From Vibrio vulnificus CMCP6 (GTDB lineage: Bacteria > Pseudomonadota > Gammaproteobacteria > Enterobacterales > Vibrionaceae): a stretch of DNA of 32,000 nucleotides. Under the pieces are notes generated by a model. It did not search any database, was not told the origin of the DNA, and was given only the letters and a program-made list of their open reading frames with translations. The position numbers and the translations under genes were made by a program. Positions 16,134 through 24,622 of the stretch are shown here, piece by piece. The stretch lies in the NCBI RefSeq assembly GCF_000039765.1, contig NC_004459.3, forward strand, positions 3,249,867 through 3,281,866, given 5' to 3'. Each line of letters opens with the position of its first letter. Within the stretch, counting starts at the first letter, position 1.

Positions 16134-17182
16134 CCTAAATAACTGTTCCTAATTATGCTCCACTTTTTTGTCGCCCATGACCGCCGCCGGGAAATGGTGA
16201 AACGTTATCCATAAAGTATCGAACCCGCTTTAAAAGTTGCCACATTACTTTGCATTGATGATTCCGTGTCACCGTTTCATGCAACGTATGCCAAAGCTTC
16301 TCTATTTTGTTTACCCAAGGCGAGTACACTGGCTGAAAAAGCAAAACAAACTTCGGATTTTGCTTTAACCAACCCTGTGTTTTTCTGCTCTTGTGAATGA
16401 TGTAATTATCTATGATAAGAGTAATGGTTTTTGCTCGGCGGTACTGGCGTTTCAACTACTCTAGCATCGCAATAAACAGTTCTGAGTTTTTACTGCTACT
16501 TCCGACATACGAGACTTTACCAGTGTTGGCATGCAGAGTTCCTGCGAGATAGTATTTGGCATTTTGTCCCGGTGTCGCTACTTTCTTTTGTTGACCTTTG
16601 GGCATCCAATCTGACCCAATTTTGCGGTTTAAGTGAATGTCGACTTCGTCTTCATAAAACACCGGATTGTCAGCGTCGCAACGCGCTAATGCCTCTTTGA
16701 TTCTGGTGAGTTTGGCTTCTTTATCTGGATCTTTGATATGCAGGCTCTTCGCCAGACAATCCCAAGTTTAGGCCCCCATCGACGAATGGTCGATGAGTGC
16801 GCGTTAAACCCAAATATCCGATTCACCTCAATCGCCATCGACTCAGTTCTCCAACGTGAACGTTGATATCCAAGACTTTGAGGATTCAGTGCGAGTAAAG
16901 CAGTCAATACAGCGGCAATTTGAAGAAATGGGAGCGTCGCGGCTCTACCTTGAGAAAGAAGCAATATGGCATTCAAGTGTCGGTAATGGTCTTTATCCTT
17001 AGTCTTATGCATCTTTTTAGTGATACGACGTCGCTCAGCGCGGTCAGGTAACCTTAGAATCATGGAAACTCGGTAACGGTTGCGGGTTTGTATGTTTGGT
17101 GACTGATCAGATCGCTCAAACGGTACCGAGTTCCCTTCTTTTTTACATACCAGTGATCTACATTTAGGAACAGCTATTTAGG
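16134..17182 (-). mobile_element. IS630-family element, copy B: both inverted repeats present, with an internal N-terminal deletion and the same frameshift and in-frame TAG as copy A
   Basis: The inverted repeats are CCTAAATAACTGTTCCTA (16134-16151) and TAGGAACAGCTATTTAGG (17165-17182). ORFs 16153-16455 and 16456-16662 are identical in protein to those of copy A. The complement of TAG lies at 16456-16458. Confidence 0.85.
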
Positions 17183-17280
17183 TTGAAAGTGAATGTTCAT
17201 TATAGAAAGGCAGAGATATTTCTACTTAACCTAGATGCTTCCTCGAATACATTTAAAAACCTAACAAAGACAAAGAGTTA

Positions 17281-17430
17281 ATGATGGAAATTAGAACAGC
17301 TAGCCTTAAGGATATTGAAGAACTTTCTAACCTATTTCATAAATTTAGGCAGCTATCAGTGAGTCTAGACAATTCAGCAACTATAACGGAATCGGAACTG
17401 TGGGTGATGGATACTACCAATCATGGTTAA
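17281..17430 (+). pseudogene. Possible N-terminal fragment of a GNAT acetyltransferase
   Basis: MMEIRTASLKDIEELSNLFHKFRQLS... resembles a GNAT N-terminus. It stops after 49 codons, next to the truncated IS110 element. Confidence 0.3.
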
Positions 17431-17439
17431 GCGGCTTTT

Positions 17440-17845
17440 TTAGTAGCCGAAAGAAATGGTTCTTGCATCGTTTGCGTCGTTCTTTTGTCTACCGACGAAC
17501 GACTTAACATGTTGTGCTGGTATGCGTGATACCTTAAAACTAAGCCCTAAAAAGACTCGCCCCCAATATTGTGATGAAGCATATGACTCCCTAGCCAGTG
17601 GAGTATTATCTGGAAGTTGACGGATTGTATGGAGCAGTTTGTTTCGAAGGACCTTAAGATTTAACGAGATGGTACCGTCAATATTCAATAAGCATACTTG
17701 AAAGAAGTTCTTAGCTAAATCGATCCCAATAACTTTAATCGACATGGCTGTTACTTCTGCTTTTAATGGCTGTACCTATCGTGTTGTACAACAATGCAAG
17801 AAGGGAGGTGTATCCATCACATCAAAGCCGCTTGCTTGGCATGTA
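17440..17845 (-). mobile_element. IS110-family element, 5' fragment only (N-terminal approx. 100 codons plus upstream end)
   Basis: MSIKVIGIDLAKNFFQVC...QKNDANDA is an IS110-type DEDD N-terminus. The DNA upstream (17746-17845) is homologous to that upstream of the second IS110 copy (GTACAAC..AGAAGG.AGGTG...CATCACATCA.AGCC). The outer boundary is approximate. Confidence 0.65.
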
Positions 17846-17908
17846 TTAAATGTTCAATTAAATGGTATACTTTCGCAAATTAGCTTAACGCAAAATAGAG
17901 AATTACTG

Positions 17909-18973
17909 ATGTCTGACACGCAATCATCATCGAGAAAACTAAGTATCTACATTATTACCACGATTTTAGTAATTTGGCTTTATAGTCTTTGGGCCGACAG
18001 GGTTACACCAATCACCAGCAGTGCCCGGATCCATTCTTATCTTGTACAGATCGCACCTGAGGTAACAGGCAATATCATTGACGTTTCAGTCAGTGACAAT
18101 CAGATCGTGAATGCCGGCGACCTTTTGTTCCGAATCGATCCAAGAAACTACGACATTGCTCTTAGAGCGGCTCAAGCAGAGTTGGAGTTAGTCGGTCAAA
18201 GTATTGGTGCAAATACTGCGGCCGTAGAGGTTGCACAGGCTAGAGTTGTAGAAGCTCTGGCTGCGAGAAATAATGCTCGTGAGCAAGCAGCCAGAACGGA
18301 AACACTGGCTAAGCGGGGGGTCTTAAGTAAGGCAGATCTGGACAATGCACTAGAATCAAAAACTCGTGCGCAAGCTGGGCTGGAGGCCGCGGAAGCAGCA
18401 TTAGTGCAAGCAAAACAAAACTTGGGGCCTGCTGGTAATAACAACCCGCAAATTCTCGCGGCGATGGCCAAACTTGAAAAAGCTCAGCTTGACCTTCAAA
18501 AAACCAATGTTACTGCGCCTTCAAAGGGAGTTTTGACTAATGTCCAACTCACGAACGGACAACGTGCTAATGCTGGCACGCCATTATTAACATTCATTGA
18601 CCCTCGTGGCGTATGGATCTCGGCCCAGCTACGAGAAAACTCTCTTGAACATATTCGAGAAGGGCAACGTGTCGATATTGTATTGGATGCGCTGCCAGGT
18701 CGTGTTCTCTCCGGAAAAATTGACAGCATTGGCTGGGGGACAGGAGGCAGTAATAATGTAGATGCCACTACAGGTTTTTTAGTCGCAGATAACAAGGCAA
18801 TCAGTGCCCAGCGTTACCCTGTTAATATTGTCTTTGATGACGTAGAGAGACTTTCAAACGTCCGATTTGGTTCTCAAGCTACCGTTGCAGTCTATACTGA
18901 GAAAAGCAAATTTGGTGAGTGGCTAGCAAGCATTTGGATGCATGTACTGAGTGTTTGGACTTATGTTTCGTAG
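17909..18973 (+). CDS. HlyD/EmrA/AaeA-type membrane fusion protein (MFP)
   Basis: There is an N-terminal TM segment (LSIYIITTILVIWLY), a lipoyl/hairpin region (VQIAPEVTGNIIDVSVSDNQIVNAGDLLFRIDPRNY) and an Ala/Gln-rich coiled coil. I prefer the start at MSDTQ (17909), because 17744-17908 is IS110 end sequence. Confidence 0.8.
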   Translation: MSDTQSSSRKLSIYIITTILVIWLYSLWADRVTPITSSARIHSYLVQIAPEVTGNIIDVSVSDNQIVNAGDLLFRIDPRNYDIALRAAQAELELVGQSIGANTAAVEVAQARVVEALAARNNAREQAARTETLAKRGVLSKADLDNALESKTRAQAGLEAAEAALVQAKQNLGPAGNNNPQILAAMAKLEKAQLDLQKTNVTAPSKGVLTNVQLTNGQRANAGTPLLTFIDPRGVWISAQLRENSLEHIREGQRVDIVLDALPGRVLSGKIDSIGWGTGGSNNVDATTGFLVADNKAISAQRYPVNIVFDDVERLSNVRFGSQATVAVYTEKSKFGEWLASIWMHVLSVWTYVS

Positions 18974-19970
18974 CGCCGCGAATCCGGTGCTTCGTTTGGT
19001 TTTAGCACCATCAATACTGCTCTTTTATCTCTCAGCACATGGAGCGCTCTTGCCCATACTTGCCCCAATTTTTGTGGTGATTTTTTTAACGATCATGCCA
19101 TCAAAACCTCCCGTAGATATGCTGATTAAGCTTCTTGCGGTTATGGTATTTGTCAGCCTTGGTGTTGTATTGTTAGGGGAACAGCTCATCGATTCTCCAA
19201 CGGGCTACGGGCTTTATTGCTGGGCGCTTTTATTCTGGAGTTTTTACCGAAGTCACGAAAATCCCAAAGACATTTTGGCCACATTTGTCTTATTGGTTGT
19301 GATTATGATGAGTGTCATCAATCTGCAATTCGGTATATCAAGTTTTGGCTTGCCAGCACTGATGCTTGAAGCGAGTGTCATCGCGTTGATCGTCACTTAC
19401 TTTAGCTTTTTGCTGTTCCCAGGCGATGAAAAAGAAATAAAGACTGATGAAGAGGACCCCAAAGGAGCAAACTCCCACCTGGGGCTTATCTTTTTCAAAA
19501 GTATTGCAATGGCCTTAGTGATGGTTGCACTTATCGCTTCAGGAAGCTCCCAATCCATATTAATTGGTATTACCATCAGTAGTATGATTAGGGTTCCATT
19601 TTCTGATGATCACCGCTTATTTAGTCGGAATCGTATCACGACCACCGCTATCGGTATACTCTTCACGCTCCCAATGGTTCTGCTTTCGATTGTTGGCTGG
19701 CCTACATGGGCACTGTTCGGCGCTACGTTGTTTTTAGGCTTGCAATTGGCTTGCTTCGCTATGCGCCAGCGATGCCGTATGAGTATCTATCAACTCCTGT
19801 TTACCAACTTTTTTGTTCTGGTCAGTCAGGTTCTAAATTATCAGGGAGATGACCCATTCTCCTCTCACTTGACGCGATTAATATCAATCGCAACAGCCAT
19901 TTTGATTGGTTACTTGATACTTAACCTTACTCAGACTACTTCTCACTATGTGGTTGATAAAGTAGATTAA
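18951..19970 (+). CDS. Polytopic inner-membrane protein, DUF2955 / half-size FUSC (AaeB-like) family candidate
   Basis: The protein has multiple hydrophobic helices throughout. The gene overlaps the MFP gene end, and the pairing resembles aaeA-aaeB. The family call is from memory only. Confidence 0.55.
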   Translation: MFGLMFRSAANPVLRLVLAPSILLFYLSAHGALLPILAPIFVVIFLTIMPSKPPVDMLIKLLAVMVFVSLGVVLLGEQLIDSPTGYGLYCWALLFWSFYRSHENPKDILATFVLLVVIMMSVINLQFGISSFGLPALMLEASVIALIVTYFSFLLFPGDEKEIKTDEEDPKGANSHLGLIFFKSIAMALVMVALIASGSSQSILIGITISSMIRVPFSDDHRLFSRNRITTTAIGILFTLPMVLLSIVGWPTWALFGATLFLGLQLACFAMRQRCRMSIYQLLFTNFFVLVSQVLNYQGDDPFSSHLTRLISIATAILIGYLILNLTQTTSHYVVDKVD

Positions 19971-20021
19971 TCGTCATTACTTGGGTTCAACTTTGACTAA
20001 CTCGTTCTTAAGGAGGTTTTT

Positions 20022-21536
20022 TTGAAATGGATGCGTGTTCTAGTTGTTGCTAGCTGTTTTGGATTGCTTGCGTGTTCAGCTTCCAACCCATTAGTGACTG
20101 AAAAAAAGCTTAGCTACCACTCTGGCTATCAGGAAGGTAGCACTCTGGCCAAATATTATGAGCAGCTTCGCCCTGAAACGGTGAAAGACAATTTAACCGG
20201 CTTTCACTCTCTCAATAATGGCGATGACGCCCTACTCGCCCGAATCGCCTTGATTACAAGTGCTCAGCACTCGTTGGATTTGCAGTACTACCTGTTTGGA
20301 GATGATGAAACAAGCAAAATCATCACATGGCGGCTCTATGAAGCAGCGCAACGCGGCGTCAAAGTGAGACTTTTGCTTGACGATATGCAGCGTCGGGACG
20401 ACCAGGTCATGGCGCTGTTGAATGACCATCCGAACATCGAAATACGTCTGTTCAATCCATACACCAACAGGTTTTTCCGGGGTTTATCTTTCCTCACCGA
20501 TTTTTCTCGACTCAATCATCGTATGCACAATAAATCGATGACTGCCGATGGTGTGGCAGCTATTGTGGGTGGTCGTAACATCGGCAACGAATATTTTTCA
20601 TTTTCCACCCAAGTTGAATTTGGCGATTTTGACGTGCTGCTTTTTGGTCCTGCGGTTGTTGAAACAGCAACTCAGTTTGATTTGTACTGGAACAGCGACC
20701 AAACACAACCCGTCAGTGCGCTTGTTTCGCTCTCTGATTACGAGACGCAATACGCCTTGGAAGACCTTGTTGATGTGAACGCATTAGTAGCGCCTTTTAG
20801 AGACGGTGAATATGACATCAGCCAACTAGAGCTATTTGAGCACCTAAAGCACGGTACGCTCAAGCTTTACTGGGGTGAAGCAGTACTCTGGTATGACTTA
20901 CCAGACAAGGTAGAAACCCGTGATAGTCAGGTAGCGGAACAACTCGCCGAAAGACTAAACAATGTAACTGACTACATCTTGATCATTTCTCCTTATTTTG
21001 TGCCCACTGAAGCAGGTACCCTAGGACTGAAAAGGTTGGCGGAGAGCGGAGTGAAAGTTACGATTGTCACTAACAGCTTGGCTTCAAATGATGTTTTCGC
21101 GGTTCATGGCTGGTATGCCAAATATCGAGAAGAATTGCTGACAAGTGGCATTACCCTTTGGGAAATTAAAGCCAGTGCAGAAATCAAACGCCAATGGAGT
21201 TTGATCGGGAGTCAGCGAGCAAGCCTCCATGCCAAAGTCATCGTCATCGATGATGCTGATTTTATTGTTGGATCGATGAACTGGGATCCTCGCTCAGCCT
21301 ATATCAATACTGAAATGGCAGTTCATATTACACATCCTGAATATGTTAAAGAGGCCACTGTTCAATTAAACAGTGCGTTGCCTAAAGACGCATATTACGT
21401 TGAGATTCGAGAGGGAAATTTACATTGGACAGATTTAGGGAATGGTAAAGTTTATGACAGCGAGCCAGAATCTAGTATCTGGAGAAGCATTGGAGCTTGG
21501 CTCTCTGGTGTTTTACCTATTGAAGGTATGCTTTAA
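20022..21536 (+). CDS. Phospholipase D superfamily lipoprotein with two HKD motifs
   Basis: The signal peptide carries a lipobox (FGLLAC). HKD motif 1 is HNKSMTADGVAAIVGGRNIGNEY and HKD motif 2 is LHAKVIVIDDADFIVGSMNWDPRS. An AGGAGG ribosome-binding site lies 5 nt upstream of the TTG start. Confidence 0.85.
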   Translation: MKWMRVLVVASCFGLLACSASNPLVTEKKLSYHSGYQEGSTLAKYYEQLRPETVKDNLTGFHSLNNGDDALLARIALITSAQHSLDLQYYLFGDDETSKIITWRLYEAAQRGVKVRLLLDDMQRRDDQVMALLNDHPNIEIRLFNPYTNRFFRGLSFLTDFSRLNHRMHNKSMTADGVAAIVGGRNIGNEYFSFSTQVEFGDFDVLLFGPAVVETATQFDLYWNSDQTQPVSALVSLSDYETQYALEDLVDVNALVAPFRDGEYDISQLELFEHLKHGTLKLYWGEAVLWYDLPDKVETRDSQVAEQLAERLNNVTDYILIISPYFVPTEAGTLGLKRLAESGVKVTIVTNSLASNDVFAVHGWYAKYREELLTSGITLWEIKASAEIKRQWSLIGSQRASLHAKVIVIDDADFIVGSMNWDPRSAYINTEMAVHITHPEYVKEATVQLNSALPKDAYYVEIREGNLHWTDLGNGKVYDSEPESSIWRSIGAWLSGVLPIEGML

Positions 21537-21639
21537 ATATAATCATTTCTTAAATATGGGTTGGTCCGTATTTTTACTCGCGCTGATAGAACGTTCGGTT
21601 CCTTCAAGAGTTTTTCGTCGCTAGCCCTCTTCAGGCTGA

Positions 21640-22680
21640 AGTTGATTTAGTTACATCAAATTACGCAACATATATCGACACACCTCAGTATGCAATGAGT
21701 CTTCCATAGCATCCGCTTTGTTAGTTCCGCAACGAACCACTGTGTGAGCACCGTGAATAAGTCATGTTCTTAATTCACGATTGCCATTTTTCGATAGAGA
21801 GCTAAGACAACTTTTTCCGCCTGTACTATTTTGTTTAAGAATCAGACTACACCATGCAGAGAACTGGCGATCATTTTGGAGTTGGTTTCCAGCTCCTACC
21901 TCACTAATCAGTGCCGCTGTCAAAATCGGCCCAAAATCAGAAATATTCCGAATGACCTCATATCTTTGGTTTTGCTGACTCAATATGGTGACACTTTGAG
22001 TCATTGCATCTATCTCTTCGCTAAGGCTGACAAAGTAATAGTATAAAGTTTGCAGTAAGTTCCTCATTACTGGAGAAAGCTTATTCTCTGCATCTTCAAG
22101 AGCTCTCGGTAAATGACACCGCAAAGCTATAATGGAAATAGGAAATACAACACCGTACTCAGCAGTCAATCCCTTGATCTGGTTCGCTAAGGCAGTTCTG
22201 TTCTCCACCAAACGTTTAAGGACACTGCGTATCGCTTTGAGGTCTTGTTAATCAATAGATTTAACAGGGTCAGGCATAGAAAAGGCATCGAAAATAGCTC
22301 TTGCATCATTGGCGTCGTTCTTTTACCGATCAACAAATGGTTTTACATGCTGAGATGGAATAAGCGCTACTGTATATCCCAGCTCTTGAAATATTCTGCC
22401 CCAATGATGAGAAGTTGCACATGAGTCATTGCAAGAGCAGTTTGCTCTGGTAGTTGACGGATAGTATCAAGAAGCTTATCTCGCTTTACCTTTATGTTTG
22501 ACAATATTTGTCCATCAGTACTCAACACACATACTTGGAAGAGATTTTTTGCTGTATCGATACCGGCAACTTTAATAGACAGACGTGTTACTTCTTTTCT
22601 CACTGGTTGTACTATTAGTTTGGTACAACGACGCTAGAAGGTAGGTGCGTGCATCACATCACAGCCTTATCCATAGATAA
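21640..22680 (-). mobile_element. IS110-family element, degenerate (transposase broken by stops and frameshifts); boundaries approximate
   Basis: ORF 22367-22603 is the N-terminal part (SIKVAGIDTAKNLFQVC). ORF 21762-22211 is the C-terminal part (NRTALANQIKGL...ISEVGAGNQ...KNGNRELR). The sequence between them is in other frames. Confidence 0.7.
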
Positions 22681-22975
22681 TCTAACGAAAACATTTCTTT
22701 AAATAAAAAATTAAAGACTATTTCATCATAGTAAATGACTTTCTAGTAAGAATGTTCATAAATAATATCTTATTGATGGAGTGAATGTATCGCACGAGTA
22801 TTCCTACTTTATCTATGCTTTATTATTATGTTACAAATTAGTGATTTTGGGTGCTTTTATATTGTAGCGAATATTAGTATTTTTACATCTGGGTGATGTA
22901 GATTTGTACAATATTTAGTAGTGCCATGTATATTATCTATGTATATGGTCGCGGTATTTATGAAATTAATGTGAC

Positions 22976-24622
22976 GTGAAAGAAGACTATAGTAACTATA
23001 AAGTGTTAATCGCAGATGATTCTAGGTTGGTGGTAAATTCAGTTAACCTAGCTATTAAACAATTGGGGTTTCACTCAGATAACATTCATCTGGCCTATAA
23101 ACCTTCAGAGGTTATTGCCTTGTGCAAGTCAGTTGATATGGACATAATCATACTAGATTATAATTTCAACTCAAATTTAAATGGGCATCAGATTTTTTAT
23201 GAGCTATCCCATTATAAAAGTATAAAACCCACCACTATTTTTGTTTATGTAACGGGCGAGAATGCGCTTAAAACTGTCAAGACGATACTTGAGTCTGGCC
23301 CTGATGACTATATTTTAAAGCCATTTACTCAACCAGCTATAAAAGGAAGGCTTAGAACTATAATTAAAAAGAAAAATAGTCTAATGCCTATATATGAACG
23401 TATTGAGCATAACGATTTTGAGCAGGCAATTACAGAGTGTGATGACTTGTTACCTTTCTTTCCACAACACAACTTAACGATTCGTCAACTAAAGTCTAAA
23501 TCTTTAATAAGTCTTAAACGTTACGAAGAGGCTAAACAAGAGTATCAACAACTACTTAAAGAAAATAGTTATGACTGGATAAAAACTAGCTTAGCCAATG
23601 TTATGATCCTCAATGATGAAAATGAAGAGGCAAAAAATATTCTTGAGCAAGTTTCAGATAAGAAGCTTAATCATCTTTATCATGATGAAATGTCGAATGT
23701 AAAAGCATACGAAAATGATGTCCCTGCTGCAATAAAGCACCTCAAAGTTGCAACAATGTTATTAGAGGCCGGGCTCGATCGTGAACTGATTATTGCGAAC
23801 TTATCAATATCGTGTGATTCGTATGATGAAGCGTTTAAGTACATTAAATTATATTATACGCACAACAATAATACCTTTAAGGTAACAGATAGAACGCGTC
23901 TACTCTACGTACAGTATTTTCTATATAGATGTTTTAGTTCAAATACTCTCAATAATATAGACAATGCATTATTAACAGTTAAGTCGGAAATTGATAGGCT
24001 TGGTAGAGTTGAAAGCTTTTCACTTCAATATGACTTGGTTATGTCCACTATTGCATTACTTAAACAAGATCTCGGTGAAAGCTATCGGTTGCTTAGCCAT
24101 GTTATGAGTAAGCTAAATGATGGAAATTTTGACTTTTATGATATGTACCATTTGGTATTCGTATTAGAAAAAATGTCATTTATCAACCAACTTCCAGAAT
24201 ATGTATTGAAGTGTAAATCACTCATCGATGAAAGTATGCATCCTAATATTATGAGAAGTCAAATTCATATGCAAAATAGTCAAGAACGAAGATTAAAAGA
24301 CAAAATTGATCGTTCAGAGGAAATAAAAAGAGATATACGCAAACTTAGTAGCAATCCGGCTAATTTTTCGAAAATAATTGATTTGTTTTGTCAGCTTCAT
24401 GAGATCTTTCCTAAATCAATTGAATTTTGTTTATTCTTTGTCAAGTTTGTGGCAGTTAATGAAAAACAGTACCAAGGTGAAAATAGTATTCACCTAATGC
24501 TCAATCAATGCAATAGAAACCTTAATGAACTTCTCTCCGCTGAAAAGATTAAAAAAATAGGTTATGAAAAAATATATAGTACAGCTTTGGGAAATGTCAA
24601 TGGTTATAAGAAAACAGCATAG
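22976..24622 (+). CDS. Response-regulator receiver domain fused to a long helical-repeat (TPR-like) domain; VieB-like
   Basis: The REC motifs are VLIADDSRL, IIILDYNFN..LNG and ILKPF. The remaining approx. 420 aa are helical-repeat-like with no output domain that I recognise. Size and architecture resemble V. cholerae VieB. Confidence 0.65.
   Translation: MKEDYSNYKVLIADDSRLVVNSVNLAIKQLGFHSDNIHLAYKPSEVIALCKSVDMDIIILDYNFNSNLNGHQIFYELSHYKSIKPTTIFVYVTGENALKTVKTILESGPDDYILKPFTQPAIKGRLRTIIKKKNSLMPIYERIEHNDFEQAITECDDLLPFFPQHNLTIRQLKSKSLISLKRYEEAKQEYQQLLKENSYDWIKTSLANVMILNDENEEAKNILEQVSDKKLNHLYHDEMSNVKAYENDVPAAIKHLKVATMLLEAGLDRELIIANLSISCDSYDEAFKYIKLYYTHNNNTFKVTDRTRLLYVQYFLYRCFSSNTLNNIDNALLTVKSEIDRLGRVESFSLQYDLVMSTIALLKQDLGESYRLLSHVMSKLNDGNFDFYDMYHLVFVLEKMSFINQLPEYVLKCKSLIDESMHPNIMRSQIHMQNSQERRLKDKIDRSEEIKRDIRKLSSNPANFSKIIDLFCQLHEIFPKSIEFCLFFVKFVAVNEKQYQGENSIHLMLNQCNRNLNELLSAEKIKKIGYEKIYSTALGNVNGYKKTA

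Noticed and set aside
10779-16151. TA target-site duplications flanking the inner ends of the IS630 pair, as proof of composite transposition
   Set aside because: The inner flanks (CT after 10796, TA before 16134) do not give a consistent duplication. The outer end of copy A is missing, so transposition as a unit cannot be demonstrated from this window.
17744-17908. N-terminal 55-codon extension of the HlyD-family ORF as given in the ORF track
   Set aside because: This stretch is homologous to the upstream end of the second IS110 copy, so it is IS sequence. The MFP most likely starts at MSDTQ (17909), just before its TM segment.
18196-18795. Minus-strand ORFs (91 and 99 aa) opposite the HlyD-family gene
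   Set aside because: They are Ala/Ser/Arg-rich mirror frames of the Ala/Gln-rich coiled-coil region of the MFP, with no motifs or independent start context.
20232-21624. Small ORFs overlapping the PLD gene (20232-20429 minus, 20548-20778 plus, 21442-21624 plus)
   Set aside because: They are nested in or overlap a gene with two clear HKD motifs, and nothing recognisable is in their translations.
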